Origin: Eledone cirrhosa | Taxonomy: Eukaryota | Reading direction: 5' to 3' | Length of the DNA stretch: 64,000 nt | Assembly (NCBI GenBank): GCA_964016885.1 | Contig: OZ024758.1 | Location: 38,316,001-38,380,000, forward strand | Shown: positions 41,111 to 54,300 of the stretch, in pieces | Layout: every line of letters begins with the position of its first letter | Numbering within the stretch: the first letter of the stretch is position 1 | Made by a program: the position numbers and the translations under genes | The notes under the pieces: generated by a model | What the model was told of the DNA's origin: nothing | What the model saw: the letters and a program-made list of their open reading frames with translations, nothing else | The model's database searches: none

Positions 41111-41949
41111 CAGAAGTAACTCCACTGTTGGTGAGAATTCATTTAAGTTCATGGTATTAGCTGTCAGAAGTAACTCCACTGTTGGTGAGAATTCATTTAA
41201 GTTCATGGTACTAGCTGTCAGAAGTAACTCCACTGTTGGTGAGAATTCATTTAAGTTCATGGTATTAGTTGTCAGAAGTAACTCCACTGTTGGTGAGAAT
41301 TCATTTAAGTTCATGGTATTAGCTGTCAGAAGGAACTCCACTGTTGGTGAGAATTCATTTAAGTTCATGGTATTAGCTGTCAGAAGTAACTCCACTGTTG
41401 GTGAGAATTCATTTAAGTTCATGGTACTAGTTGTCAGAAGTAACTCCACTGTTGGTGAGAATTCATTTAAGTTCATGTTACTAGCTGTCAGAAGTAACTC
41501 CACTGTTGGTGAGAATTCATTTAAGTTCATGGTATTAGTTTGTCAGAAGTAACTCCACTGTTGGTGAGAATTCATTTAAGTTCATGGTACTAGCTGTCAG
41601 AAGTAACTCCAATGTTGGTGAGAATTCATTTAAGTTCATGGTATTAGCTGTCAGAAGTAACTCCACTGTTGGTGAGAATTCATTTAAGTTCATGGTACTA
41701 GCTGTCAGAAGTAACTCCAATGTTGGTGAGAATTCATTTAAGTTCATGGTATTAGCTGTCAGAAGTAACTCCACTGTTGGTGAGAATTCATTTAAGTCAT
41801 GGTATTAGCTGTCAGAAGTAACTCCAATGTTGGTGAGAATTCATTTAAGTTCATGGTATTAGCTGTCAGAAGTAACTCCACTGTTGGTGAGAATTCATTT
41901 AAGTTCACGGTACTAGCTGTCAGAAGTAACTCCACTTTTGGTGAGAATT

Positions 41950-44900
41950 CATTTAAGTTCATGGTATTAGTTTGTCAGAAGTAACTCCACTGTTGGTGAG
42001 AATTCATTTAAGTCGTGGTATTAGTTGTCAGAAGTTTACTCCAATGTTGGTGAGAATTCATTTAAGTTCATGGTACTAGCTGTCAGAAGTAACTCCACTG
42101 TTGGTGAGAATTCATTTAAGTTCATGGTATTAGATGTCAGAAGTAACTCCACTGTTGGTGAGAATTGATTTAAGTTCATGGTACTAGCTGTCAGAAGTAA
42201 CTCCACTGTTGGTGAGAATTCATTTAAGTTCATGGTATTAGCTGTCAGAAGTAACTCCACTGTTGGTGAGAATTGATTTAAGTTCATGGTACTAGCTGTC
42301 AGAAGTAACTCCACTGTTGGTGAGAATTCAGTTAAGTTCATGGTACTAGCCGTCAGAAGTAACTCCACTGTTGGTGAGAATTCAGTTAAGTTCATGGTAT
42401 TAGTTGTCAGAAGTAACTCCACTGTTGGTGAGAATTCATTTAAGTTCATGGTACTAGCTGTCAGAAGTAACTCCACTGTTGGTGAGAATTCATTTAAGTT
42501 CATGGTATTAGCTGTCAGAAGTAACTCCACTGTTGGTGAGAATTCATTTAAGTCATGGTATTAGTTGTCAGAAGTAACTCCAATGTTGGTGAGAATTCAT
42601 TTAAGTTCATGGTACTAGCTGTCAGAAGTAACTCCACTGTTGGTGAGAATTCATTTAAGTTCATGGTATTAGCTGTCAGAAGTAACTCCACTGTTGGTGA
42701 GAATTCATTTAAGTCATGGTATTAGCTGTCAGAAGTAACTCCAATGTTGGTGAGAATTCATTTAAGTCTTGGTACTAGCTGTCAGAAGTAACTCCAATGT
42801 TGGTGAGAATTCAGTTAAGTTCATGGTATTAGCTGTCAGAAGGAACTCCACTGTTGGTGAGAATTCATTTAAGTTCATGGTATTAGCTGTCAGAAGTAAC
42901 TCCACTGTTGGTGAGAATTCATTTAAGTTCATGGTACTAGCTGTCAGAAGTAACTCCACTGTTGGTGAGAATTCATTTAAGTTCATGGTACTAGCCGTCA
43001 GAAGTAACTCCACTGTTGGTGAGAATTCAGTTAAGTTCATGGTATTAGTTGTCAGAAGTAACTCCACTGTTGGTGAGAATTCATTTAAATCATGGTATTA
43101 GTTGTCAGAAGTAACTCCAATGTTGGTGAGAATTCATTTAAGTTCATGGTACTAGCTGTCAGAAGTAACTCCACTGTTGGTGAGAATTCATTTAAGTTCA
43201 TGGTATTAGCTGTCAGAAGTAACTCCACTGTTGGTGGGAATTCATTTAAGTCATGGTATTAGCTGTCAGAAGTAACTCCATTGTTGGTGAGAATTCATTT
43301 AAGTCATGGTACTAGCTGTCAGAAGTAACTCCACTGTTGGTGAGAATTCATTTAAGTTCATGGTATTAGCTGTCAGAAGGAACTCCACTGTTGGTAAGAA
43401 TTCATTTAAGTTCATGGTATTAGCTGTCAGAAGTAACTCCACTGTTGGTGAGAATTCATTTAAGTTCATGGTACTAGCTGTCAGAAGTAACTCCACTGTT
43501 GGTGAGAATTCATTTAAGTTCATGGTACTAGCTGTCAGAAGTAACTCCACTGTTGGTGAGAATTCATTTAAGTTCATGGTATTAGCTGTCAGAAGTCACT
43601 CCAATGTTGGTGAGAATTCATTTAAGTTCATGGTATTAGCTGTGAGAAGTCACTCCACTGTTGGTGAGAATTCATTTAAGTTCATGGTATTAGTTTGTCA
43701 GAAGTAACTCCACTGTTGGTGAGAATTCATTTAAGGCGTGGTATTAGTTGTCAGAAGTTTACTCCAATGTTGGTGAGAATTCATTTAAGTTCATGGTACT
43801 AGCTGTCAGAAGTAACTCCACTGTTGGTGAGAATTCATTTAAGTTCATGGTATTAGCTGTCAGAAGTAACTCCACTGTTGGTGAGAATTGATTTAAGTTC
43901 ATGGTACTAGCTGTCAGAAGTAACTCCACTGTTGGTGAGAATTCATTTAAGTTCATGGTATTAGCTGTCAGAAGTAACTCCACTGTTGGTGAGAATTGAT
44001 TTAAGTTCATGGTACTAGCTGTCAGAAGTAACTCCACTGTTGGTGAGAATTCAGTTAAGTTCATGGTACTAGCCGTCAGAAGTAACTCCACTGTTGGTGA
44101 GGATTCAGTTAAGTTCATGGTATTAGTTGTCAGAAGTAACTCCACTGTTGGTGAGAATTCATTTAAGTTCATGGTACTAGCTGTCAGAAGTAACTCCACT
44201 GTTGGTGAGAATTCATTTAAGTTCATGGTATTAGCTGTCAGAAGTAACTCCACTGTTGGTGAGAATTCATTTAAGTCATGGTATTAGTTGTCAGAAGTAA
44301 CTCCAATGTTGGTGAGAATTCATTTAAGTTCATGGTACTAGCTGTCAGAAGTAACTCCACTGTTGGTGAGAATTCATTTAAGTTCATGGTATTAGCTGTC
44401 AGAAGTAACTCCACTGTTGGTGAGAATTCATTTAAGTCATGGTATTAGCTGTCAGAAGTAACTCCAATGTTGGTGAGAATTCATTTAAGTCTTGGTACTA
44501 GCTGTCAGAAGTAACTCCAATGTTGGTGAGAATTCAGTTAAGTTCATGGTATTAGCTGTCAGAAGGAACTCCACTGTTGGTGAGAATTCATTTAAGTTCA
44601 TGGTATTAGCTGTCAGAAGTAACTCCACTGTTGGTGAGAATTCATTTAAGTTCATGGTACTAGCTGTCAGAAGTAACTCCACTGTTGGTGAGAATTCATT
44701 TAAGTTCATGGTACTAGCCGTCAGAAGTAACTCCACTGTTGGTGAGAATTCAGTTAAGTTCATGGTATTAGTTGTCAGAAGTAACTCCACTGTTGGTGAG
44801 AATTCATTTAAATCATGGTATTAGTTGTCAGAAGTAACTCCAATGTTGGTGAGAATTCATTTAAGTTCATGGTACTAGCTGTCAGAAGTAACTCCACTGT

Positions 44901-45300
44901 TGGTGAGAATTCATTTAAGTTCATGGTATTAGCTGTCAGAAGTAACTCCACTGTTGGTGGGAATTCATTTAAGTCATGGTATTAGCTGTCAGAAGTAACT
45001 CCATTGTTGGTGAGAATTCATTTAAGTCATGGTACTAGCTGTCAGAAGTAACTCCACTGTTGGTGAGAATTCATTTAAGTTCATGGTATTAGCTGTCAGA
45101 AGGAACTCCACTGTTGGTAAGAATTCATTTAAGTTCATGGTATTAGCTGTCAGAAGTAACTCCACTGTTGGTGAGAATTCATTTAAGTTCATGGTACTAG
45201 CTGTCAGAAGTAACTCCACTGTTGGTGAGAATTCATTTAAGTTCATGGTACTAGCTGTCAGAAGTAACTCCACTGTTGGTGAGAATTCATTTAAGTTCAT
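41950..45300 (+). repeat. 1723-bp (32-monomer) tandem duplication; boundaries approximate
   Basis: ORF patterns recur at +1723 (42036/43759, 42286/44009, 42762/44485, 43299/45022). The copies share the GAATTGAT, AGCCGTC, AAGTCTTGG and GGTGGGAAT variants. Confidence 0.86.
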
Positions 45301-48300
45301 GGTACTAGCTGTCAGAAGTAACTCCACTGTTGGTGAGAATTCATTTAAGTTCATGGTACTAGCTGTCAGAAGTAACCCCAATGTTGGTGAGAATTCATTT
45401 AAGTTCATGGTATTAGCTGTCAGAAGTCACTCCAATGTTGGTGAGAATTCATTTAAGTTCATGGTATTAGCTGTGAGAAGTCACTCCACTGTTGGTGAGA
45501 ATTCATTTAAGTTCATGGTATTAGCTGTCAGAAGTACCTCCACTGTTGGTGAGAATTCATTTAAGTTCATGGTATTAGCTGTCAGAAGTAACTCCACTGT
45601 TGGTGAGAATTCATTTAAGTTCATGGTATTAGCTGTCAGAAGGAACTCCAATGTTGGTGAGAATTCATTTAAGTCATGGTACTAGCTGTCAGAAGTAACT
45701 CCACTGTTGGTGAGAATTCATTTAAGTTCATGGTATTAGCTGTCAGAAGTAACTCCACTGTTGGTGAGAATTCATTTAAGTTTATGGTACTAGCTGTCAG
45801 AAGTAACTCCAATGTTGGTGAGAATTCATTTAAGTTCATGGTATTAGCTGTCAGAAGGAACTCCACTGTTGGTGAGAATTCATTTAAGTTCATGGTATTA
45901 GCTGTCAGAAGTAACTCCACTGTTGGTGAGAATTCATTTAAGTTCATGGTACTAGTTGTCAGAAGTAACTCCACTGTTGGTGAGAATTCATTTAAGTTCA
46001 TGTTACTAGCTGTCAGAAGTAACTCCACTGTTGGTGAGAATTCAGTTAAGTTCATGGTATTAGTTGTCAGAAGTAACTCCACTGTTGGTGAGAATTCATT
46101 TAAATCATGGTATTAGTTGTCAGAAGTAACTCCAATGTTGGTGAGAATTCATTTAATTTCATGGTACTAGCTGTCAGAAGTAACTCCACTGTTGGTGAGA
46201 ATTCATTTAAGTCATGGTATTAGTTGTCAGATGTAACTCCAATGTTGGTGAGAATTCATTTAAGTTCATGGTACTAGCTGTCAGAAGTAACTCCACTGTT
46301 GGTGAGAATTCATTTAAGTTCATGGTATTAGCTGTCAGAAGTAACTCCACTGTTGGTGAGAATTCATTTAAGTCATGGTATTAGTTGTCAGAAGTAACTC
46401 CAATGTTGGTGAGAATTCATTTAAGTTCATGGTACTAGCTGTCAGAAGTAACTCCACTGTTGGTGAGAATTCATTTAAGTTCATGGTATTAGCTGTCAGG
46501 AGTAACTCCACTGTTGGTGAGAATTCATTTAAGTTCATGGTATTAGCTGTCAGAAGTAACTCCACTGTTGGTGAGAATTCATTTAAGTTCATGGTATTAG
46601 CTGTCAGAAGTAACTCCACTGTTGGTGAGAATTCATTTAAGTTCATGGTATTAGCTGTCAGAAGTAACTCCAATGTTGGTGAGAATTCATTTAAGTCATG
46701 GTACTAGCTTTCAGAAGTAACTCCACTGTTGGTGAGAATTCATTTAAGTTCATGGTATTAGCTGTCAGAAGGAACTCCACTGTTGGTGAGAATTCATTTA
46801 AGTTCATGGTATTAGCTGTCAGAAGTAACTCCACTGTTGGCGAGAATTCATTTAAGTTCATGGTACTAGCTGTCAGAAGTAACTCCAATGTTGGTGAGAA
46901 TTCATTTAAGTTCATGGTATTAGCTGTCAGAAGTAACTCCACTGTTGGTGAGAATTCATTTAAGTCATGGTATTAGCTGTCAGAAGTAACTCCAATGTTG
47001 GTGAGAATTCATTTAAGTTCATGGTACTAGCTGTCAGAAGTAACTCCACTGTTGGTGAGAATTCATTTAAGTTCATGGTATTAGTTTGTCAGAAGTAACT
47101 CCACTGTTGGTGAGAATTCATTTAAGTCATGGTATTAGTTGTCAGAAGTTTACTCCAATGTTGGTGAGAATTCATTTAAGTTCATGGTACTAGCTGTCAG
47201 AAATAACTCCACTGTTGGTGAGAATTCATTTAAGTTCATGGTATTAGCTGTCAGAAGTAACTCCACTGTTGGTGAGAATTCATTTAAGTCATGGTATTAG
47301 CTGTCAGAAGTAACTCCAATGTTGGTGAGAATTCATTTAAGTCATGGTACTAGCTGTCAGAAGTAACTCCAATGTTGGTGAGAATTCAGTTAAGTTCATG
47401 GTATTAGCTGTCAGAAGGAACTCCACTGTTGGTGAGAATTCATTTAAGTTCATGGTATTAGCTGTCAGAAGTAACTCCACTGTTGGTGAGAATTCATTTA
47501 AGTTCATGGTACTAGCTGTCAGAAGTAACTCCACTGTTGGTGAGAATTCATTTAAGTTCATGGTACTAGCTGTCAGAAGTAACTCCACTGTTGGTGAGAA
47601 TTCAGTTAAGTTCATGGTATTAGTTGTCAGAAGTAACTCCACTGTTGGTGAGAATTCATTTAAATCATGGTATTAGTTGTCAGAAGTAACTCCAATGTTG
47701 GTGAGAATTCATTTAATTTCATGGTACTAGCTGTCAGAAGTAACTCCACTGTTGGTGAGAATTCATTTAAGTCATGGTATTAGTTGTCAGAAGTAACTCC
47801 AATGTTGGTGAGAATTCATTTAAGTTCATGGTACTAGCTGTCAGAAGTAACTCCACTGTTGGTGAGAATTCATTTAAGTTCATGGTATTAGCTGTCAGAA
47901 GTAACTCCACTGTTGGTGAGAATTCATTTAAGTCATGGTATTAGTTGTCAGAAGTAACTCCAATGTTGGTGAGAATTCATTTAAGTTCATGGTACTAGCT
48001 GTCAGAAGTAACTCCACTGTTGGTGAGAATTCATTTAAGTTCATGGTATTAGCTGTCAGAAGTAACTCCACTGTTGGTGAGAATTCATTTAAGTTCATGG
48101 TATTAGCTGTCAGAAGTAACTCCACTGTTGGTGAGAATTCATTTAAGTTCATGGTATTAGCTGTCAGAAGTAACTCCACTGTTGGTGAGAATTCATTTAA
48201 GTTCATGGTATTAGCTGTCAGAAGGAACTCCAATGTTGGTGAGAATTCATTTAAGTCATGGTACTAGCTGTCAGAAGTAACTCCACTGTTGGTGAGAATT

Positions 48301-48359
48301 CATTTAAGTTCATGGTACTAGCTGTCAGAAGTAACTCCACTGTTGGTGAGAATTCATTT

Positions 48360-51300
48360 AAGTCATGGTATTAGCTGTCAGAAGTAACTCCAATGTTGGT
48401 GAGAAGTCATTTAAGTTCATGGTATTAGCTGTCAGAAGTAACTCCACTGTTGGTGAGAATTCATTTAAGTTCACGGTACTAGCTGTCAGAAGTAACTCCA
48501 CTGTTGGTGAGAATTCATTTAAGTTCATGGTATTAGTTTGTCAGAAGTAACTCCAATGTTGGTGAGAATTCATTTAAGTTCATGGTACTAGCTGTCAGAA
48601 GTAACTCCACTGTTGGTGAGAATTCATTTAAGTTCATGGTATTAGCTGTCAGAAGTAACTCCACTGTTGGTGAGAATTCATTTAAGTCATGGTATTAGCT
48701 GTCAGAAGTAACTCCAATGTTGGTGAGAATTCATTTAAGTCATGGTACTAGCTGTCAGAAGTAACTCCAATGTTGGTGAGAATTCAGTTAATTTCATGGT
48801 ATTAGCTGTCAGAAGGAACTCCACTGTTGGTGAGAATTCATTTAAGTTCATGGTATTAGCTGTCAGAAGTAACTCCACTGTTGGTGAGAATTCATTTAAG
48901 TTCATGGTACTAGCTGTCAGAAGTAACTCCACTGTTGGTGAGAATTCATTTAAGTTCATGGTACTAGCTGTCAGAAGTAACTCCACTGTTGGTGAGAATT
49001 CAGTTAAGTTCATGGTATTAGTTGTCAGAAGTAACTCCACTGTTGGTGAGAATTCATTTAAATCATGGTATTAGTTGTCAGAAGTAACTCCAATGTTGGT
49101 GAGAATTCATTTAATTTCATGGTACGAGCTGTCAGAAGTAACTCCACTGTTGGTGAGAAATCATTTAAGTCATGGTATTAGTTGTCAGAAGTAACTCCAA
49201 TGTTGGTGAGAATTCATTTAAGTTCATGGTACTAGCTGTCAGAAGTAACTCCACTGTTGGTGAGAATTCATTTAAGTTCATGGTATTAGCTGTCAGAAGT
49301 AACTCCACTGTTGGTGAGAATTCATTTAAGTCATGGTATTAGTTGTCAGAAGTAACTCCAATGTTGGTGAGAATTCATTTAAGTTCATGGTACTAGCTGT
49401 CAGAAGTAACTCCACTGTTGGTGAGAATTCATTTAAGTTCATGGTATTAGCTGTCAGAAGTAACTCCACTGTTGGTGAGAATTCATTTAAGTTCATGGTA
49501 CTAGCTGTCAGAAGTAACTCCACTGTTGGTGAGAATTCATTTAAGTTCATGGTACTAGCTGTCAGAAGTAACTCCACTGTTGGTGAGAATTCAGTTAAGT
49601 TCATGGTATTAGTTGTCAGAAGTAACTCCACTGTTGGTGAGAATTCATTTAAATCATGGTATTAGTTGTCAGAAGTAACTCCAATGTTGGTGAGAATTCA
49701 TTTAATTTCATGGTACTAGCTGTCAGAAGTAACTCCACTGTTGGTGAGAATTCATTTAAGTCATGGTATTAGTTGTCAGAAGTAACTCCAATGTTGGTGA
49801 GAATTCATTTAAGTTCATGGTACTAGCTGTCAGAAGTAACTCCACTGTTGGTGAGAATTCATTTAAGTTCATGGTATTAGCTGTCAGAAGTAACTCCACT
49901 GTTGGTGAGAATTCATTTAAGTCATGGTATTAGTTGTCAGAAGTAACTCCAATGTTGGTGAGAATTCATTTAAGTTCATGGTACTAGCTGTCAGAAGTAA
50001 CTCCACTGTTGGTGAGAATTCATTTAAGTTCATGGTATTAGCTGTCAGAAGTAACTCCACTGTTGGTGAGAATTCATTTAAGTTCATGGTATTAGCTGTC
50101 AGAAGTAACTCCACTGTTGGTGAGAATTCATTTAAGTTCATGGTATTAGCTGTCAGAAGTAACTCCACTGTTGGTGAGAATTCATTTAAGTTCATGGTAT
50201 TAGCTGTCAGAAGGAACTCCAATGTTGGTGAGAATTCATTTAAGTCATGGTACTAGCTGTCAGAAGTAACTCCACTGTTGGTGAGAATTCATTTAAGTTC
50301 ATGGTACTAGCTGTCAGAAGTAACTCCACTGTTGGTGAGAATTCATTTAAGTTCATGGTACTAGCTGTCAGAAGTAACTCCAATGTTGGTGAGTATTCAT
50401 TTAAGTTCATGGTATTAGCTGTCAGAAGGAACTCCACTGTTGGTGAGAATTCATTTAAGTTCATGGTATTAGCTGTCAGAAGTAACTCCACTGTTGGTGA
50501 GAATTCATTTAAGTTCATGGTACTAGTTGTCAGAAGTAACTCCACTGTTGGTGAGAATTCATTTAAGTTCATGTTACTAGCTGTCAGAAGTAACTCCACT
50601 GTTGGTGAGAATTCATTTAAGTTCATGGTATTAGTTTGTCAGAAGTAACTCCACTGTTGGTGAGAATTCATTTAAGTTCATGGTATTAGCTGTCAGAAGT
50701 AACTCCACTGTTGGTGAGAATTCATTTAAGTTCATGGTACTAGCTGTCAGAAGTAACTCCAATGTTGGTGAGAATTCATTTAAGTTCATGGTATTAGCTG
50801 TCAGAAGTAACTCCACTGTTGGTGAGAATTCATTTAAGTCATGGTATTAGCTGTCAGAAGTAACTCCAATGTTGGTGAGAAGTCATTTAAGTTCATGGTA
50901 TTAGCTGTCAGAAGTAACTCCACTGTTGGTGAGAATTCATTTAAGTTCACGGTACTAGCTGTCAGAAGTAACTCCACTGTTGGTGAGAATTCATTTAAGT
51001 TCATGGTATTAGTTTGTCAGAAGTAACTCCAATGTTGGTGAGAATTCATTTAAGTTCATGGTACTAGCTGTCAGAAGTAACTCCACTGTTGGTGAGAATT
51101 CATTTAAGTTCATGGTATTAGCTGTCAGAAGTAACTCCACTGTTGGTGAGAATTCATTTAAGTCATGGTATTAGCTGTCAGAAGTAACTCCAATGTTGGT
51201 GAGAATTCATTTAAGTCATGGTACTAGCTGTCAGAAGTAACTCCAATGTTGGTGAGAATTCAGTTAATTTCATGGTATTAGCTGTCAGAAGGAACTCCAC

Positions 51301-54300
51301 TGTTGGTGAGAATTCATTTAAGTTCATGGTATTAGCTGTCAGAAGTAACTCCACTGTTGGTGAGAATTCATTTAAGTTCATGGTACTAGCTGTCAGAAGT
51401 AACTCCACTGTTGGTGAGAATTCATTTAAGTTCATGGTACTAGCTGTCAGAAGTAACTCCACTGTTGGTGAGAATTCAGTTAAGTTCATGGTATTAGTTG
51501 TCAGAAGTAACTCCACTGTTGGTGAGAATTCATTTAAATCATGGTATTAGTTGTCAGAAGTAACTCCAATGTTGGTGAGAATTCATTTAATTTCATGGTA
51601 CGAGCTGTCAGAAGTAACTCCACTGTTGGTGAGAAATCATTTAAGTCATGGTATTAGTTGTCAGAAGTAACTCCAATGTTGGTGAGAATTCATTTAAGTT
51701 CATGGTACTAGCTGTCAGAAGTAACTCCACTGTTGGTGAGAATTCATTTAAGTTCATGGTATTAGCTGTCAGAAGTAACTCCACTGTTGGTGAGAATTCA
51801 TTTAAGTCATGGTATTAGTTGTCAGAAGTAACTCCAATGTTGGTGAGAATTCATTTAAGTTCATGGTACTAGCTGTCAGAAGTAACTCCACTGTTGGTGA
51901 GAATTCATTTAAGTTCATGGTATTAGCTGTCAGAAGTAACTCCACTGTTGGTGAGAATTCATTTAAGTTCATGGTACTAGCTGTCAGAAGTAACTCCACT
52001 GTTGGTGAGAATTCATTTAAGTTCATGGTACTAGCTGTCAGAAGTAACTCCACTGTTGGTGAGAATTCAGTTAAGTTCATGGTATTAGTTGTCAGAAGTA
52101 ACTCCACTGTTGGTGAGAATTCATTTAAATCATGGTATTAGTTGTCAGAAGTAACTCCAATGTTGGTGAGAATTCATTTAATTTCATGGTACTAGCTGTC
52201 AGAAGTAACTCCACTGTTGGTGAGAATTCATTTAAGTCATGGTATTAGTTGTCAGAAGTAACTCCAATGTTGGTGAGAATTCATTTAAGTTCATGGTACT
52301 AGCTGTCAGAAGTAACTCCACTGTTGGTGAGAATTCATTTAAGTTCATGGTATTAGCTGTCAGAAGTAACTCCACTGTTGGTGAGAATTCATTTAAGTCA
52401 TGGTATTAGTTGTCAGAAGTAACTCCAATGTTGGTGAGAATTCATTTAAGTTCATGGTACTAGCTGTCAGAAGTAACTCCACTGTTGGTGAGAATTCATT
52501 TAAGTTCATGGTATTAGCTGTCAGAAGTAACTCCACTGTTGGTGAGAATTCATTTAAGTTCATGGTATTAGCTGTCAGAAGTAACTCCACTGTTGGTGAG
52601 AATTCATTTAAGTCATGGTATTAGCTGTCAGAAGTAACTCCACTGTTGGTGAGAATTCATTTAAGTTCATGGTATTAGCTGTCAGAAGGAACTCCAATGT
52701 TGGTGAGAATTCATTTAAGTCATGGTACTAGCTGTCAGAAGTAACTCCACTGTTGGTGAGAATTCATTTAAGTTCATGGTATTAGCTGTCAGAAGTAACT
52801 CCACTGTTGGTGAGAATTCATTTAAGTTCATGGTACTAGCTGTCAGAAGTAACTCCAATGTTGGTGAGAATTCATTTAAGTTCATGGTATTAGCTGTCAG
52901 AAGGAACTCCACTGTTGGTGAGAATTCATTTAAGTTCATGGTATTAGCTGTCAGAAGTAACTCCACTGTTGGTGAGAATTCATTTAAGTTCATGGTACTA
53001 GTTGTCAGAAGTAACTCCACTGTTGGTGAGAATTCATTTAAGTTCATGTTACTAGCTGTCAGAAGTAACTCCACTGTTGGTGAGAATTCATTTAAGTTCA
53101 TGGTATTAGTTTGTCAGAAGTAACTCCACTGTTGGTGAGAATTCATTTAAGTTCATGGTATTAGCTGTCAGAAGTAACTCCACGGTTGGTGAGAATTCAT
53201 TTAAGTTCATGGTACTAGCTGTCAGAAGTAACTCCAATGTTGGTGAGAATTCATTTAAGTTCATGGTATTAGCTGTCAGAAGTAACTCCACTGTTGGTGA
53301 GAATTCATTTAAGTCATGGTATTAGCTGTCAGAAGTAACTCCAATGTTGGTGAGAATTCATTTAAGTTCATGGTATTAGCTGTCAGAAGTAACTCCACTG
53401 TTGGTGAGAATTCATTTAAGTTCACGGTACTAGCTGTCAGAAGTAACTCCACTGTTGGTGAGAATTCATTTAAGTTCATGGTATTAGTTTGTCAGAAGTA
53501 ACTCCAATGTTGGTGAGAATTCATTTAAGTTCATGGTACTAGCTGTCAGAAGTAACTCCACTGTTGGTGAGAATTCATTTAAGTTCATGGTATTAGCTGT
53601 CAGAAGTAACTCCACTGTTGGTGAGAATTCATTTAAGTCATGGTATTAGCTGTCAGAAGTAACAGCAATGTTGGTGAGAATTCATTTAAGTCATGGTACT
53701 AGCTGTCAGAAGTAACTCCAATGTTGGTGAGAATTCAGTTAAGTTCATGGTATTAGCTGTCAGAAGGAACTCCACTGTTGGTGAGAATTCATTTAAGTTC
53801 ATGGTATTAGCTGTCAGAAGTAACTCCACTGTTGGTGAGAATTCATTTAAGTTCATGGTACTAGCTGTCAGAAGTAACTCCACTGTTGGTGAGAATTCAT
53901 TTAAGTTCATGGTACTAGCTGTCAGAAGTAACTCCACTGTTGGTGAGAATTCAGTTAAGTTCATGGTATTAGTTGTCAGAAGTAACTCCACTGTTGGTGA
54001 GAATTCATTTAAATCATGGTATTAGTTGTCAGAAGTAACTCCAATGTTGGTGAGAATTCATTTAATTTCATGGTACGAGCTGTCAGAAGTAACTCCACTG
54101 TTGGTGAGAAATCATTTAAGTCATGGTATTAGTTGTCAGAAGTAACTCCAATGTTGGTGAGAATTCATTTAAGTTCATGGTACTAGCTGTCAGAAGTAAC
54201 TCCACTGTTGGTGAGAATTCATTTAAGTTCATGGTATTAGCTGTCAGAAGTAACTCCACTGTTGGTGAGAATTCATTTAAGTCATGGTATTAGTTGTCAG

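Noticed and set aside
40874-41530. Antisense ORFs (MNLNEFSPTVELLLTANT)n, Leu/Asn-rich and superficially LRR-like
   Set aside because: Same artefact on the minus strand. The 18-aa unit lacks the LxxLxLxxN LRR pattern, and about two open frames out of six is what chance gives for an 18-codon unit.
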